A stretch of 64,000 nucleotides of DNA, taken from the NCBI GenBank assembly GCA_964016885.1, contig OZ024741.1, forward strand, positions 379,440,001-379,504,000, given 5' to 3'. The DNA comes from Eledone cirrhosa (lineage: Eukaryota). Made by a program: the position numbers and the translations under genes. The notes under the pieces are model-generated. The model was given only the letters and a program-made list of their open reading frames with translations. It was not told the DNA's origin and made no database searches. Positions 28,610 to 40,884 of the stretch are shown piece after piece; positions within the stretch are counted from its first letter, which is position 1, and each line of letters starts with the position of its first letter.

Positions 28610-29400
28610 CAGTCTATACTGCGATGACGAGTTTTCTTTGGCCCATAACTGCAGCAGTCACACACAGGAATTAAAATCATAGTAGAAACTCACCAACGCA
28701 AACTTTCTTGACTTCAACTTGAACCTATTAACAGTCACACATAACTACAATCATAAACCGTATCAAAGGCTAAAATATAACAAAGGGATAAATATAAAAT
28801 ATAATGTAAGTTTTAAAAAAACTAGCCCCTAATGATAAGCACTTCACTCCAGAGCATAGATACAGGAAACTCTTCAATCAATGTTCGTTGAGAATGTCCT
28901 ATGTTTGCGCTCCTTCCAAGAGATCAAAGATGACAAAAAAAAAAAAAAAAAAAAAAAAAACAATAGAATCTGGGATGCATTTGCAGGAATAAAGATGATT
29001 GTCCATTACAACAAAACTTTAATGTGAATTACATTATATACTGAGTAAAGATCAAATACACAAACACCAACCAAACAGAAACCCGTTTAAAATATGGAGG
29101 TATGGTCCTGGACCGATATAAGCAAAGGTTCTATTGCAGTTCTCCTCATTTAGGCATAACGACATGAAATCCACCACAGCGCTGGCCAAAACCGCTGGTA
29201 ACTAGAAGAAAATATGATATAGAAATTGCTAAATACTCCCTGCGTAATCCTATTCCTCCCTTTTACCCATCCACTCATAAAAAGTGTGTACACATCACAT
29301 CCACACTAAATATTTTGTTGAAAGAGGGTTTAGTATTACAATATCACATAGCAACCTACCGATTACAAATACATTCAACAATTCTATTAACATATTTTTA
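28610..29400 (+). mobile_element. Highly decayed PLE
   Basis: LYCDDEF (cf. LYRDDGL), NANFLDFNLNL..HKP, YKQRFY..FRHNDMKSTTALA fragments. Confidence 0.55.
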
Positions 29401-29925
29401 CATATCCAGCTGTTAGGTATTGAATGATGATTAAAGAAGGCTTAAACATTTGATATATTTCAACTAAATTATTGTAACTACTTGCCTTAGAGCTGACAAC
29501 CAGATTACAAAACATACATTTACACCCCCAAAACTTGACGCCGTTGATTCCAAGAAGTAAACACTCTCCGACATCTATTGGTAACGACCTCATTCAATAT
29601 ATATATATATAGTCGCCTTTATATATGCCATTTATTTATCGAATGATTCTAATTACCATTGTTTTTTTAACTCGAAACATATCTGTCTAGGTTTTATGAA
29701 ATCTGCTTTACCATTGTCATGTAAGTTTAAATATTCTTACTAGGCTGTTTCTTATCCCTTGTTTTATGTCTATGTAGGATATCAACTATATTGTTTCTAT
29801 AATATTATCTTTTATGAATGCGCTCGGATATCCTGTTATTTTCTCAATACTGTTTCATCGAGCGATTATTGAGCAACAAAGTCGATATTATTGCCTATTG
29901 TTCGAAATTATATATATATATATAA

Positions 29926-30012
<87 letters not shown>

Positions 30013-31645
30013 CATACATACATACATACACACACACACACCCACGCGCGCGCACACACACACACACACGCATACACACACATTTATATATATATATATA
30101 TATCGTCCAGGATCAATAAGTTCTGGATCCATTCCAAGTAAGTATCGTTGCAGATATTTTTTATTACTTATAGGAGGCACGTTCATATGTCATTAGAGGT
30201 TACATCACACAATATTTTGCACAAGATGTCAAGAGCAAAATACCAAAAATACCATGGAAGGTTGTATTTTCTTTTGTCCTTATATTTGTATTTGTTTTCT
30301 CCCCGTATTTATTGAGTCATAATTTGGAATATTCCGCATAACATTTATTGGAAACGAGAAAACGTTGTGTGAATTTCTTTTCAGATCCATGGACATTTAC
30401 ATATAGATTTACATAGCGTGCTCATCATCATTATCTTCAACATCATCTTTCTAGTCGCCTTTATCGGTTTGATATTTACATTCATGGGAGCCTAGATTAA
30501 CTCTTTTTTTCTTCAAATACCACATAACAGTGCATTAGCGTGACATTATTTAAATGAACAACGCTACATTTTCAAAGCATTGCATGAAATATCTAATTCA
30601 GTTTAATACTATACAATTTAGAGTGATGACTCTGTCACTAATCATGACATAATTACTGACTAAATGTATTAATTTGCGAACAAATTCTTTGATATTTCTT
30701 CATAATCAATACAGGAGATTTAAGTTAAGTATGCCTACAGATATGTACGTATCTGTTCATTTTCGTCTTATAAACTACACAATACAATTGTTGTATTCCA
30801 AGCTCAATGTCCTCAGACCCAACATAACAAGATCCTTCCTCATCTTATTTCGTTTACTTCTGCATATATATATTTATATTCCCATCACATGGTTGGTTTT
30901 CGGTAAGCTGTTGGGATACATTAATCATTGTCATTCAACGCCCGTTTTCCCTGATAGCGAGTGTTTGGGGGATCTGCAGAGGATCAGTCGGAATTCAAGT
31001 GGAGCTGCTGAAATATCCGTTGAGCAGTGGGGTTTGCGTGTAACTTAATTACGCTCTGTCATTTTACCAATGGCTCCAATATACTATGGATGTTGTTTCG
31101 TCGCTGTCACAACTGAAGAATCCTCACGGCCATTGCTATGGCAAAGCCTTTTTCCGGAGGTTATCTATCCTCTTGCCAACCATTTACAGCATATATTTAG
31201 TGAATTTATCTTGTACATCTCCAACAATATGGATGTCTTCGTATATTTGACACAACTACAGATCTGTGTGGAATACGAATAAAGAAAATTCCAGATGCAG
31301 TACCATCACTGTGATAATATATGTTGACATATCATTGTAGCCGATAGGATTATGAGATAAAAGAAAGCCAATTTAACAGCGTTGTGTGTTTTATGTGGCT
31401 ACAATCTTTCTTCCCTGATGCAGATTTTCTTTTTAGTTTAATATTCAGGTTTTCAGATCAAATTACTCCATAAATAAATACAATTGCGTGATATCCACAA
31501 ATATATATATATATATAATGTAGGAGGTGAGTTTTATTGTAGTACAATAAAGCAATGCAGATATCGGATAAGAAGCACTCTACAGTTTGTGGGACTGGAG
31601 TATGCATAATATAAGATCAAAAGATGGTTAAAGGAGTTCCATATA

Positions 31646-31712
31646 TTTTATTATGCGCATTTCAAAAACAAACATCATCAAGCAATAATATTTGTGTTTT
31701 CATCAGATAAAA
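31646..31712 (-). ncRNA. Type I HHR (left palindrome arm)
   Basis: Exact reverse complement of 31818-31884. Confidence 0.8.
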
Positions 31713-31817
31713 CAGGAGAACATGATATGAAGGCTAAAAAACACTTGTGGATAGTGCAGTTGATTTAAAACTGCACTATCCACAAGTGTTTTTTAGCCTT
31801 CATATCATGTTCTCCTG

Positions 31818-31884
31818 TTTTATCTGATGAAAACACAAATATTATTGCTTGATGATGTTTGTTTTTGAAATGCGCATAATAAAA
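31818..31884 (+). ncRNA. Type I HHR
   Basis: UUUUAU-CUGAUGA-16-bp G-U-rich stem II-GAAA-UGCGCA-UA^AUAAAA; palindromic stem III AUGCGCAU. Confidence 0.82.
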
Positions 31885-31916
31885 TATATGGAACTCCTTT
31901 AACCATCTTTTGATCT

Positions 31917-31952
<36 letters not shown>

Positions 31953-32445
31953 CAGAAACTAATTAGTTGGAGTGAAAATTTAAGTAAGTAAGTAAAAAAT
32001 TTTTTTAAAATTTTTAAAAAAAATATTTTCTTATTTTACGTCTTTTATATTATTGTTCTGCACCCTCCTGCATTGAACCACCTAGGTACTATGACATAAC
32101 CTGTGTATTTGCTGGCATGGACGTACATCTGTGCGCCTATGTTAGTTGATATATTAAATTATCTATATTTATCTCCAAATCACTGATTTGTCGAGCAAAC
32201 CTGCCAAAACCACTTCAAAATTTTTTTTGGGGTGTTAGTAGGCGTCAGTCATCTTACCATCCCATTCCTTCTAACTAGCCTCTATGTCACGTGATTGATT
32301 CTTTAGAATCGGCCATTTGACTGGAAGCAGTGAGAATTTCAGTACATAGAATCCAGTCCTCGCCTAGCTGTTCTTTCTACCGAATTATTATTTTTATATG
32401 AGCCGCCAGTGTCCGCGCATTGCCTGGAGGCTCAGCTGAGAATAG

Positions 32446-32527
32446 ACTCCCTGATGACGCAATGAATTCTCGACAGTTGGATTATGTAACTGTCTTTATC
32501 CCATTGCAGAAACTAATTAGTTGGAGT
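32446..32527 (+). ncRNA. Type I HHR, array copy 1
   Basis: ACUCC-CUGAUGA-cGCAAUG..GACAGUU..AACUGUC..CAUUGCa-GAAA-CUAAUUAG-UU^GGAGU. Confidence 0.8.
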
Positions 32528-33000
32528 GAAAATTTAAGTAAGTAAAAAAAAAATTTTTTTAAAATTTTAAAAAAAAATATTTTCTTATTTTACGTCTTTT
32601 ATATTATTGTTCTGCACCCTCCTGCATTGAACCACCTAGGTACTATGACATAACCTGTGTATTTGCTGGCATGGACGTACATCTGTGCGCCTATGTTAGT
32701 TGATATATTAAATTATCTATATTTATCTCCAAATCACTGATTTGTCGAGCAAACCTGCCAAAACCACTTCAAAATTTTTTTTTGGGGTGTTAGTAGGCGT
32801 CAGTCATCTTACCATCCCATTCCTTCTAACTAGCCTCTATGTCACGTGATTGATTCTTTAGAATCGGCCATTTGACTGGAAGCAGTGAGAATTTCAGTAC
32901 ATAGAATCCAGTCCTCGCCTAGCTGTTCTTTCTACCGAATTATTATTTTTATATGAGCCGCCAGTGTCCGCGCATTGCCTGGAGGCTCAGCTGAGAATAG

Positions 33001-33082
33001 ACTCCCTGATGACGCAATGAATTCTCGACAGTTGGATTATGTAACTGTCTTTATCCCATTGCAGAAACTAATTAGTTGGAGT
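33001..33082 (+). ncRNA. Type I HHR, array copy 2
   Basis: Identical to 32446-32527. Confidence 0.8.
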
Positions 33083-33555
33083 GAAAATTTAAGTAAGTAA
33101 GTAAAAAATTTTTTAAAAATTTTTTAAAAAAATATTTTCTTATTTTACGTCTTTTATATTATTGTTCTGCACCCTCCTGCATTGAACCACCTAGGTACTA
33201 TGACATAACCTGTGTATTTGCTGGCATGGACGTACATCTGTGCGCCTATGTTAGTTGATATATTAAATTATCTATATTTATCTCCAAATCACTGATTTGT
33301 CGAGCAAACCTGCCAAAACCACTTCAAAATTTTTTTTTGGGGTGTTAGTAGGCGTCAGTCATCTTACCATCCCATTCCTTCTAACTAGCCTCTATGTCAC
33401 GTGATTGATTCTTTAGAATCGGCCATTTGACTGGAAGCAGTGAGAATTTCAGTACATAGAATCCAGTCCTCGCCTAGCTGTTCTTTCTACCGAATTATTA
33501 TTTTTATATGAGCCGCCAGTGTCCGCGCATTGCCTGGAGGCTCAGCTGAGAATAG

Positions 33556-33637
33556 ACTCCCTGATGACGCAATGAATTCTCGACAGTTGGATTATGTAAC
33601 TGTCTTTATCCCATTGCAGAAACTAATTAGTTGGAGT
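33556..33637 (+). ncRNA. Type I HHR, array copy 3
   Basis: Identical to 32446-32527. Confidence 0.8.
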
Positions 33638-34109
33638 GAAAATTTAAGTAAGTAAGTAAAAAATTTTTAAAAAATTTTTTAAAAAAATATTTTCTTATTT
33701 TACGTCTTTTATATTATTGTTCTGCACCCTCCTGCATTGAACCACCTAGGTACTATGACATAACCTGTGTATTTACTGGCATGGACGTACATCTGTGCGC
33801 CTATGTTAGTTGATATATTAAATTATCTATATTTATCTCCAAATCACTGATTTGTCGAGCAAACCTGCCAAAACCACTTCAAAATTTTTTTTGGGGTGTT
33901 AGTAGGCGTCAGTCATCTTACCATCCCATTCCTTCTAACTAGCCTCTATGTCACGTGATTGATTCTTTAGAATCGGCCATTTGACTGGAAGCAGTGAGAA
34001 TTTCAGTACATAGAATCCAGTCCTCGCCTAGCTGTTCTTTCTACCGAATTATTATTTTTATATGAGCCGCCAGTGTCCGCGCATTGCCTGGAGGCTCAGC
34101 TGAGAATAG

Positions 34110-34191
34110 ACTCCCTGATGACGCAATGAATTCTCGACAGTTGGATTATGTAACTGTCTTTATCCCATTGCAGAAACTAATTAGTTGGAGT
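34110..34191 (+). ncRNA. Type I HHR, array copy 4
   Basis: Identical to 32446-32527. Confidence 0.8.
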
Positions 34192-34258
34192 GAAAATTTA
34201 AGTAAGTAAGTAAAAAATTTTTTTAAAATTTTTTAAAAAAATATTTTCTTATTTTACG

Positions 34259-34294
<36 letters not shown>

Positions 34295-35093
34295 CGACTT
34301 GAATACGGCGTTATGATTAGACAAATAACGATGTTAGAATATTATAATTACTGAGTCATCGGAAATATCCACATGACTTTTGTATAGGGTAATCTGGATT
34401 TTGTCCTATTTGATTTTAAAGGAACAAAAAGCAAATCCCATTTGTGTGACATTTCAAATCACTGATGAGTATGTCAGTAAAACGGCCAGGTTGTAAGCAT
34501 TTTTCTATATTATTCACAAATAATATATATATTTTCAGAAATAGGTACTTGAGCATGTAGATACAAGCTAATAATAGCTAATAAAAACCATGCTGACGGA
34601 AAGTTGATAGAACATAAGCAACTCCTCTTCATTTCGCAAAACCTAAGATATTCAAACAAATATCATAAAGGGTTTAAAGGTTATGATGAGAAAATATAAT
34701 GTTATCCTTATCGTATGCTCAAATTACTATCAAGCGCTTCAATTATTTTCATTAAAGTAATATATTTTACCTTGAATTATTAGTTACCAATTGAAAAGTC
34801 AGGGATAAGAAGAATCGGTGGAGCGTCTGAAGGATATTCTTGCGGCATTTAGTTGTATGTCATTTCATTCAGTATTAAAATGCAATCGAGGTGGATTAAG
34901 TCAGTTATCAGACATATTCACCCATGGGGTCCATTTAATAAAATTTATATATTCCAAAGTGCTAAAATAGCGCCAGAATCGCAAGATAGACGCCCGGGAA
35001 ATATCTAAAAACCTCATTGATCATTGTGAGTAGACTTAAATATTTACATGTTCATAAATGTATTCATATTACGTTAATTATGTTTATATATAC

Positions 35094-35223
<130 letters not shown>

Positions 35224-35226
35224 GTG

Positions 35227-35269
<43 letters not shown>

Positions 35270-35334
35270 TAGTTATATGTATATATAAATAAATGCATAT
35301 ATTAATATAAATCAATATATATATATATATATAT

Positions 35335-37640
35335 AACGAAGGAAATGTGGTAAGGAACCAGGTGGACCATAACGCTCCAAAGTACTCAATACTTAGGTAG
35401 TAGAGTGGGTAATAGGAACGAGTAGGACCCCGACGGCTGAGCACAAGCCGTTTCGACGTCTAATTCTGGACTAAATGAACATTTTTATCCTGGTATTAGA
35501 ATAGCCGACCTTCTCAGGGGGTAATTCCATATATGGTATAAGTGATTGTCACAAGGATTGATCAAAAGTTTGTTGTAGAGACATAATAATTCTATCATAG
35601 CAATTTGCTGGGGGAAGGGGTAGCTGAACCTGCCAATAGAAGAAAGGGGGAGAGGGGGTGGAGGAAACCCAGTCATGCGTTGATAGTGCCATCTACAGCT
35701 GAGCAGGAAGTCAAAGAAGATACTAGGGAGGGGGAGGGGGAGGAAGTCGAAACAATAAGTGAAACAATATGGGGTAAATATATAGAAAAATGCCGAGTGT
35801 TAAAAAACAATTAAATGTAAAAACAAAAAAACAATTTCCGGTTACTATAACCTAAGGACAGCTATCAAGTCTCTCACTGGTACTGCTAGACTAAAGAAAG
35901 GTTTACTAGGTGGGACGGAATTATAATGAGACCCTTTTAAGGGGTATAAGTAAACAACCAAATATATCTTACGGTGACGAGTCCCGAGACCAGTACGAAA
36001 TAAAGGTTTCTACCCCAGGCACAAGGCCAGCAACCACCCAGTGTAAAAAAAAATAAACTAATACGAAATAATAATGCAGAATCCCGAAAAAGAATACTAA
36101 TACTATGTCTAAGGCTGCCGCCACGATACAAAAATTATAGTGCAAACTACATAAAAGCTCGTACGAAGTATATGTAAAATTTGATACGGAAAATTAATTC
36201 GGAATCCCCCCCACCCCTAAAAAATAAATAAATAAATACTGATATACGAGAAATTAAAGCAAAGATACCACTAAGAAATATAGAAAGCACGGAAAAGGGG
36301 CAGCCATCGGATAAGAAGCAAGTATCCGGGGTCTATCACATCTGCTATAAAAAGTAGAGTCGGCCAAATCTATCATAGATTAGAGGAAGGGGTGGGGGTA
36401 CTGAGGCTACAAAGGACCGAGGGGATGCCTCGGGTGGGCGAGAAAGTAAAAGGACGACTACAAAGAAAGAGGGCTGGGGTGGAAGGACTAGGGAGGCATG
36501 GGGAAGAAGGAAATATAGAGGAAGCGATAAAAAGATATAAAAGAAGATCTTACGTCTACCTATGCAAGCAGGGGTTACCCATTACAAAATCGGCAAGTCG
36601 GGTGTTATAGCCCTATTCTACCCCCCGGGTCATTATGGGGTTTGAAGGCGAGGTATGTCCTACGCAATCTGTGTTTACATGCAGTTACCAGTTCAGCTTT
36701 CTTGTTTAGGAGTTGGTCCGTCGAAAACAGCATTTGTAAAGTTTCCTCCGAGCATAAATTGCACGGACGGCGTCCTCCCGTGTAAGAGTTGGCTCGAATT
36801 AATTTGCCGTATCAAATTTTACATATACTTAAGACGAGCATTTATGTAGTTTGCACTAGAATGTTTGTATCGTGGCGGCACCCTTAGAGATAGTATTAGT
36901 ATTCTTTTTCGGGATTCTGAAATATTATTTCGTATTATTTTACTTTTTTTGCACTGGGTGGTTGCTGGCCTTGTGCCTGGGGTAGAAACCTTAATTTCAT
37001 ACTGGTCTCGGGAATCTGAATTATTATTTAGTGGTAGTTTCTTTAGTATTTTGGCCACCCACTTGTTGACACGTCACCGTAAGATATATTCGGTTGTTTA
37101 CTTATACCTCTTAAAAGGGTCTCATTATAATTCCGTCCCACCTAATAAACCTTTCTTTAGTCTAGCAGTACTAGTGAGAGACTTGATAGCTCTCCTTACG
37201 TTATAGTAACCAGAAATTGTTGTTTTTTTTTACATTTAATTGTTTTTTAACACTCTCGATATTTTTCTATATATTTACCCCCATATTGTTTCACTTATTG
37301 TTTCGACTTCCTCCCCCTCCCCCTCCCTAGTATCTTCTTTGATCTCCTTCGCAGCTGTAGATGGCATTATCAACACATGGCTGGGTTTCCTCCACCCCCT
37401 CTCCCTCTTTCTTCTACTGGCAGGTTCAGCTACCCATTCCCTCCACAAATTGCCATGATAGAATTATTATGTCTCAACAACAAACATTTGACCAATCCTT
37501 GTGACAATCACTTTTACCATATATGGAATGACCCCCTGAGTAGGTCGGCTATTCTAATACCAGGATAATAATTTTCATGTAGTCCAGAATTAGCCGTCGA
37601 AACGGCTTGAGCTCAGCCGTCGGAGTCCTACTCGTTCCTA
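35335..37640. mobile_element. Family A fold-back element: ~0.8-kb imperfect inverted arms around a ~590-bp spacer
   Basis: ~35411-36201 is the reverse complement of ~36794-37640; (TA)n on both sides; HHR-like motifs at 35427-35522(-) and 37530-37627(+). Confidence 0.85.
37530..37627 (+). ncRNA. HHR-like motif with non-canonical core and long stems II/III
   Basis: GACCCC-CUGAGUAG-GUCGGCUA..UAGCCGUC-GAAA-CGGC(UUGAGCUCA)GCCG-UC^GGAGUC. Confidence 0.55.
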
Positions 37641-38348
37641 TATATATATATATGTGTGTGTATATGTGTGTATGTATATGTATATGTATATATATATATA
37701 TATACATATTTTGTATGTATATATATATATACATATTTTTTAAGTAAAAAGAAATTCAAACACACACACACAACACACACACACACAAGCACACACATAA
37801 ACATACATATCTTTACTTTCTTTATTCAATAGAAAATCTGAATGCTGACACCCCAGCGAACTAACCATATTCACTGAACCAGAACAATTCTCCCATCCCA
37901 TTTCTCTTGATCATTATCTTTTACTTATCATAAAATTCTCTAAAAAGGCGACAGAATGGATTTCCAAATAAGGGCGCGAAAATTTAATAAAAACTTGTTC
38001 ACGTGACAGCCATAATTTCCTTTATAACCAATTAAATTACGCTTATTTAAAAAAAAAAGCCTTCGTGAGCCTTTTTTTCAAGTAAAAAGAAATTCAAACA
38101 CTCATATATATAAAAAAACCACCTGTGACATATACCCCTCTTATTTGAAGAACTATTGTAACGCGAACTGGCGCGAAATTTATTATAATTATTGACCAAC
38201 CAATCAAATTACTTCTCGAAAAACCTGGCATTTCGAGCCACTTTTTCCATATAAAACAAGTAACATTCAGAGACCAACCAGATGTGAGAAAATCCACAGA
38301 CCCTCAGTCTCAACTCTACTTTTGAAAAGCAGAAGAACTGCGAAACCG

Positions 38349-39404
38349 CAGAATTGGATACGCTACTTGTATGATTGTCTCATTCTTTGGTCCCACACAC
38401 TCGACCAACTGAAGGATTTCAAAAACTTAATAAACGGCATCAATAACCACATCCAATTCACAATGGAATACAGCCAAGATAAACTCCCATTTCTGGACAT
38501 CTTAATCTTAAAAAAAGACACAAGTATCGTAACAGACATACACTACAAACCAACAGATTCCTAACAATACCTGCTATCCACCTCCAACCATCCAAAGCAC
38601 ACGAAGACGAACATTCCTTTTAACCTAGCAAGAACAATTTGCACAATTGTCTCCAATTATGAAACGCGAAATAAAAGACTTCAAGAATTAAAGGAAATTC
38701 TACTCGAGAGAGAGTACCCACTATTACTAATAAATAATGGAATAGAAAGGGCTAAAGCAATAGGCATTGATGAATTACGAAAACAGAAACAAATTCAAGG
38801 TACGTCCAATATTCTATCATATATCTCAACACACAACCCAAGAAATGCGGAAGCTTACAACACTATTAACAAGAACAACCCACTACTAAAACAAAACCAA
38901 AGAATGAAAAAAGCCATTGAAACACACAAAATAATCAAAAGCAAAAGACAACCGAAATCACTGAAAACATTACTCACCAATGCCAAATTACCTACCACAA
39001 ACCCACAACCAAGTATCAAAAAATGTGGTCGCTCTAATTCTGGAACCTGTACTCACCCCATTGAAGGCAACACGTATACATTTAAATCAGGACAACATTT
39101 TACTGTAAAAAATCACTTCTCTTGCTCATCAAAAAATCTATTTTATACCATTAAATGTAAAGGATGCAATGAGGATTATATAGGACAAACTAAAGCCAAA
39201 CTCAGAAACAAAATGACAGTTGATCGCCAACAATTACGTGATCCAACCACGAGACAGATACCACTAAGCGCACATTTAGACATTTGCGCAAGTAATAAGA
39301 CACCCAAATTCCAAGTCTTCCCATTTTACCTTTGCGCTAACAATACAACAGAACAAATACGAATAAGTAAGGAAAATATGTTCATTCAAAAATATTCCTA
39401 CTAA
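38349..39404 (+). pseudogene. PLE RT C-terminus plus GIY-YIG endonuclease, disrupted
   Basis: In-frame stop after KPTDS, frameshift before ORF 38904-39404; catalytic motif reads YLYD. Confidence 0.85.
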
Positions 39405-40564
39405 AGGAATCATTTTCCTACACACTCACACACACAATATATATATATATATATATATATTTTCTTCATCTTAACATGCTAACCATACTCCCTCACACAT
39501 AACATCCATACACACACATAACAACCCCCACACCCACAACTTCCTCCCCCATTTCTACTAATATAACCACTTTCCTACACAGATATATACACACACACAA
39601 AATATATATTCTCTCCATCTTAACATACTCGCACACACACACACATAACCCCCCCCCCACACACACACACACAAGCACACAAATAAACGTACATACCTTT
39701 ACTTCAATAGAAAATCTGAACTCTGATACCCCAGCGAACTAACCATATTCACTGAACCAGAAGAAGTCTCCCATCACATTTCTCTTGACCACTATCTTTT
39801 GCTTGTCGTAACATTCTCTAAAAAGGCTACAGGATAGATTTCCAAATAAGGGCGCGAAAATGTAATGAAATCTTGTTCACATGACAGCCAAATTTCATTT
39901 ATAACCAATGAAATTACGTTTATTTAAAAAAAGCCTTCGTGAGCCACCCTTTTTTTAAGTAAACAGAAATTAAAACACACACACACAACACACACACACA
40001 AACACCACACACACACACATACACACACACACACAAGCACACAAATAAACATACATATCTTTACTTTATTTATTCAATAGAAAATCTGAAATCTGACACC
40101 CCAGTGAACTAACCATATTCACTGAACCAGAAAAATTCTCCCATCCCATTTCTCTTGACCATTATCTTTTAATTATCATAAAATTCTCTAAAAAGGCTAC
40201 AGAGTGGATTTCCAAATAAGGGCGCGAAATTTAATGAAAACTTGTTCACGTGACAGCCATAATTTCATTTATAACCAATCAAATTACGCTTATTTAAAAA
40301 AAAAAAGCCTCCGTGAGGCCTTTTTTCAAGTAAAAAGAAATTTAAACACTCATATATGAAAAAACAACCTGTGACATATACCCCTCTTATTTGAAGAACT
40401 ATTGTAACGCGAACTGGCGCGAAATTTATTATAATTATTGACCAACCAATCAAATTACTTCTCGAAAAACCTGGCATTTCGAGCCACTTTTTCCATATAA
40501 ACCAAGTAACATTCAGAGACCAACCAGGTGTGAGAAAAACCACAGACCCTCCATCTCAACTATA

Positions 40565-40600
40565 CTTTTGAAAAGCAGAAGAACTGCGAAACCGGTAAAG
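40565..40600 (+). ncRNA. Minimal HHR, U3-A8 core variant
   Basis: CUU-UUGAAAA-GCAG(AAGAA)CUGC-GAAA-CCGG-UA^AAG; palindromic stem III ACCGGU. Confidence 0.72.
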
Positions 40601-40810
40601 GAACCAAATAATTTTTTTTTTTTTTCTAAAATAAGACTCCAGTTGCATTTTCGATTTCATCTTTTTTTCTTTATACTTTCATTCGTGTAGGACACCTCGG
40701 TTATTTTTCATTTTGTAAAAAACACCTCACTTTCTAATATATATATATATATATATATAGAATAAGGAAATGCGAAGTAGTTTCAGATGTTCAAGTCCTT
40801 TAATAATAAT

Positions 40811-40884
40811 GCTGTGATATATATTTCAATGGCGAATGTGGCCACACTGTTCTGTGGGCCAGTCTCGCGACATCGTCAGACAGC
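40811..40884 (-). ncRNA. Type I HHR
   Basis: GCUGU-CUGACGA-long stem II (UGGCC..GGCCA)-GAAA-UAUAUA-UC^ACAGC. Confidence 0.8.

Larger units (their letters stand above)
31606..31924. repeat. Perfect 156-bp inverted repeat (7-nt spacer) of an HHR-bearing terminus
   Basis: Arms 31606-31761 and 31769-31924; the right arm matches 52294-52449. Confidence 0.92.
31949..34268 (+). mobile_element. Retrozyme-like tandem array: ~4.2 copies of a non-coding 554-555-bp unit, one HHR per unit
   Basis: Unit starts 31949, 32503, 33058, 33613, 34167; copies nearly identical; no ORF of 60 aa or more; (TA)n on both flanks. Confidence 0.85.
37735..40737 (+). mobile_element. PLE in partial-tandem arrangement: pLTR, truncated ORF, 3' UTR/pLTR (Neptune/Poseidon-like)
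   Basis: 37735-38348 is repeated at ~39950-40595; coding 38349-39404 has WIRYLYD, IQFTME, LPFLDI, HYKPTD, KKCGRSNSGTC, YTIKCKGCNEDYIGQTK; HHR 40565-40600. Confidence 0.88.

Noticed and set aside
31949-34268. Protein-coding circle or ambisense viroid-like genome
   Set aside because: No ORF of 60 aa or more in the track and no minus-strand hammerhead core found in the unit
34458-34495. CACTGATGAGTATGTCAGTAAAACGG as an HHR
   Set aside because: No stem II pairing in register and no GAAA
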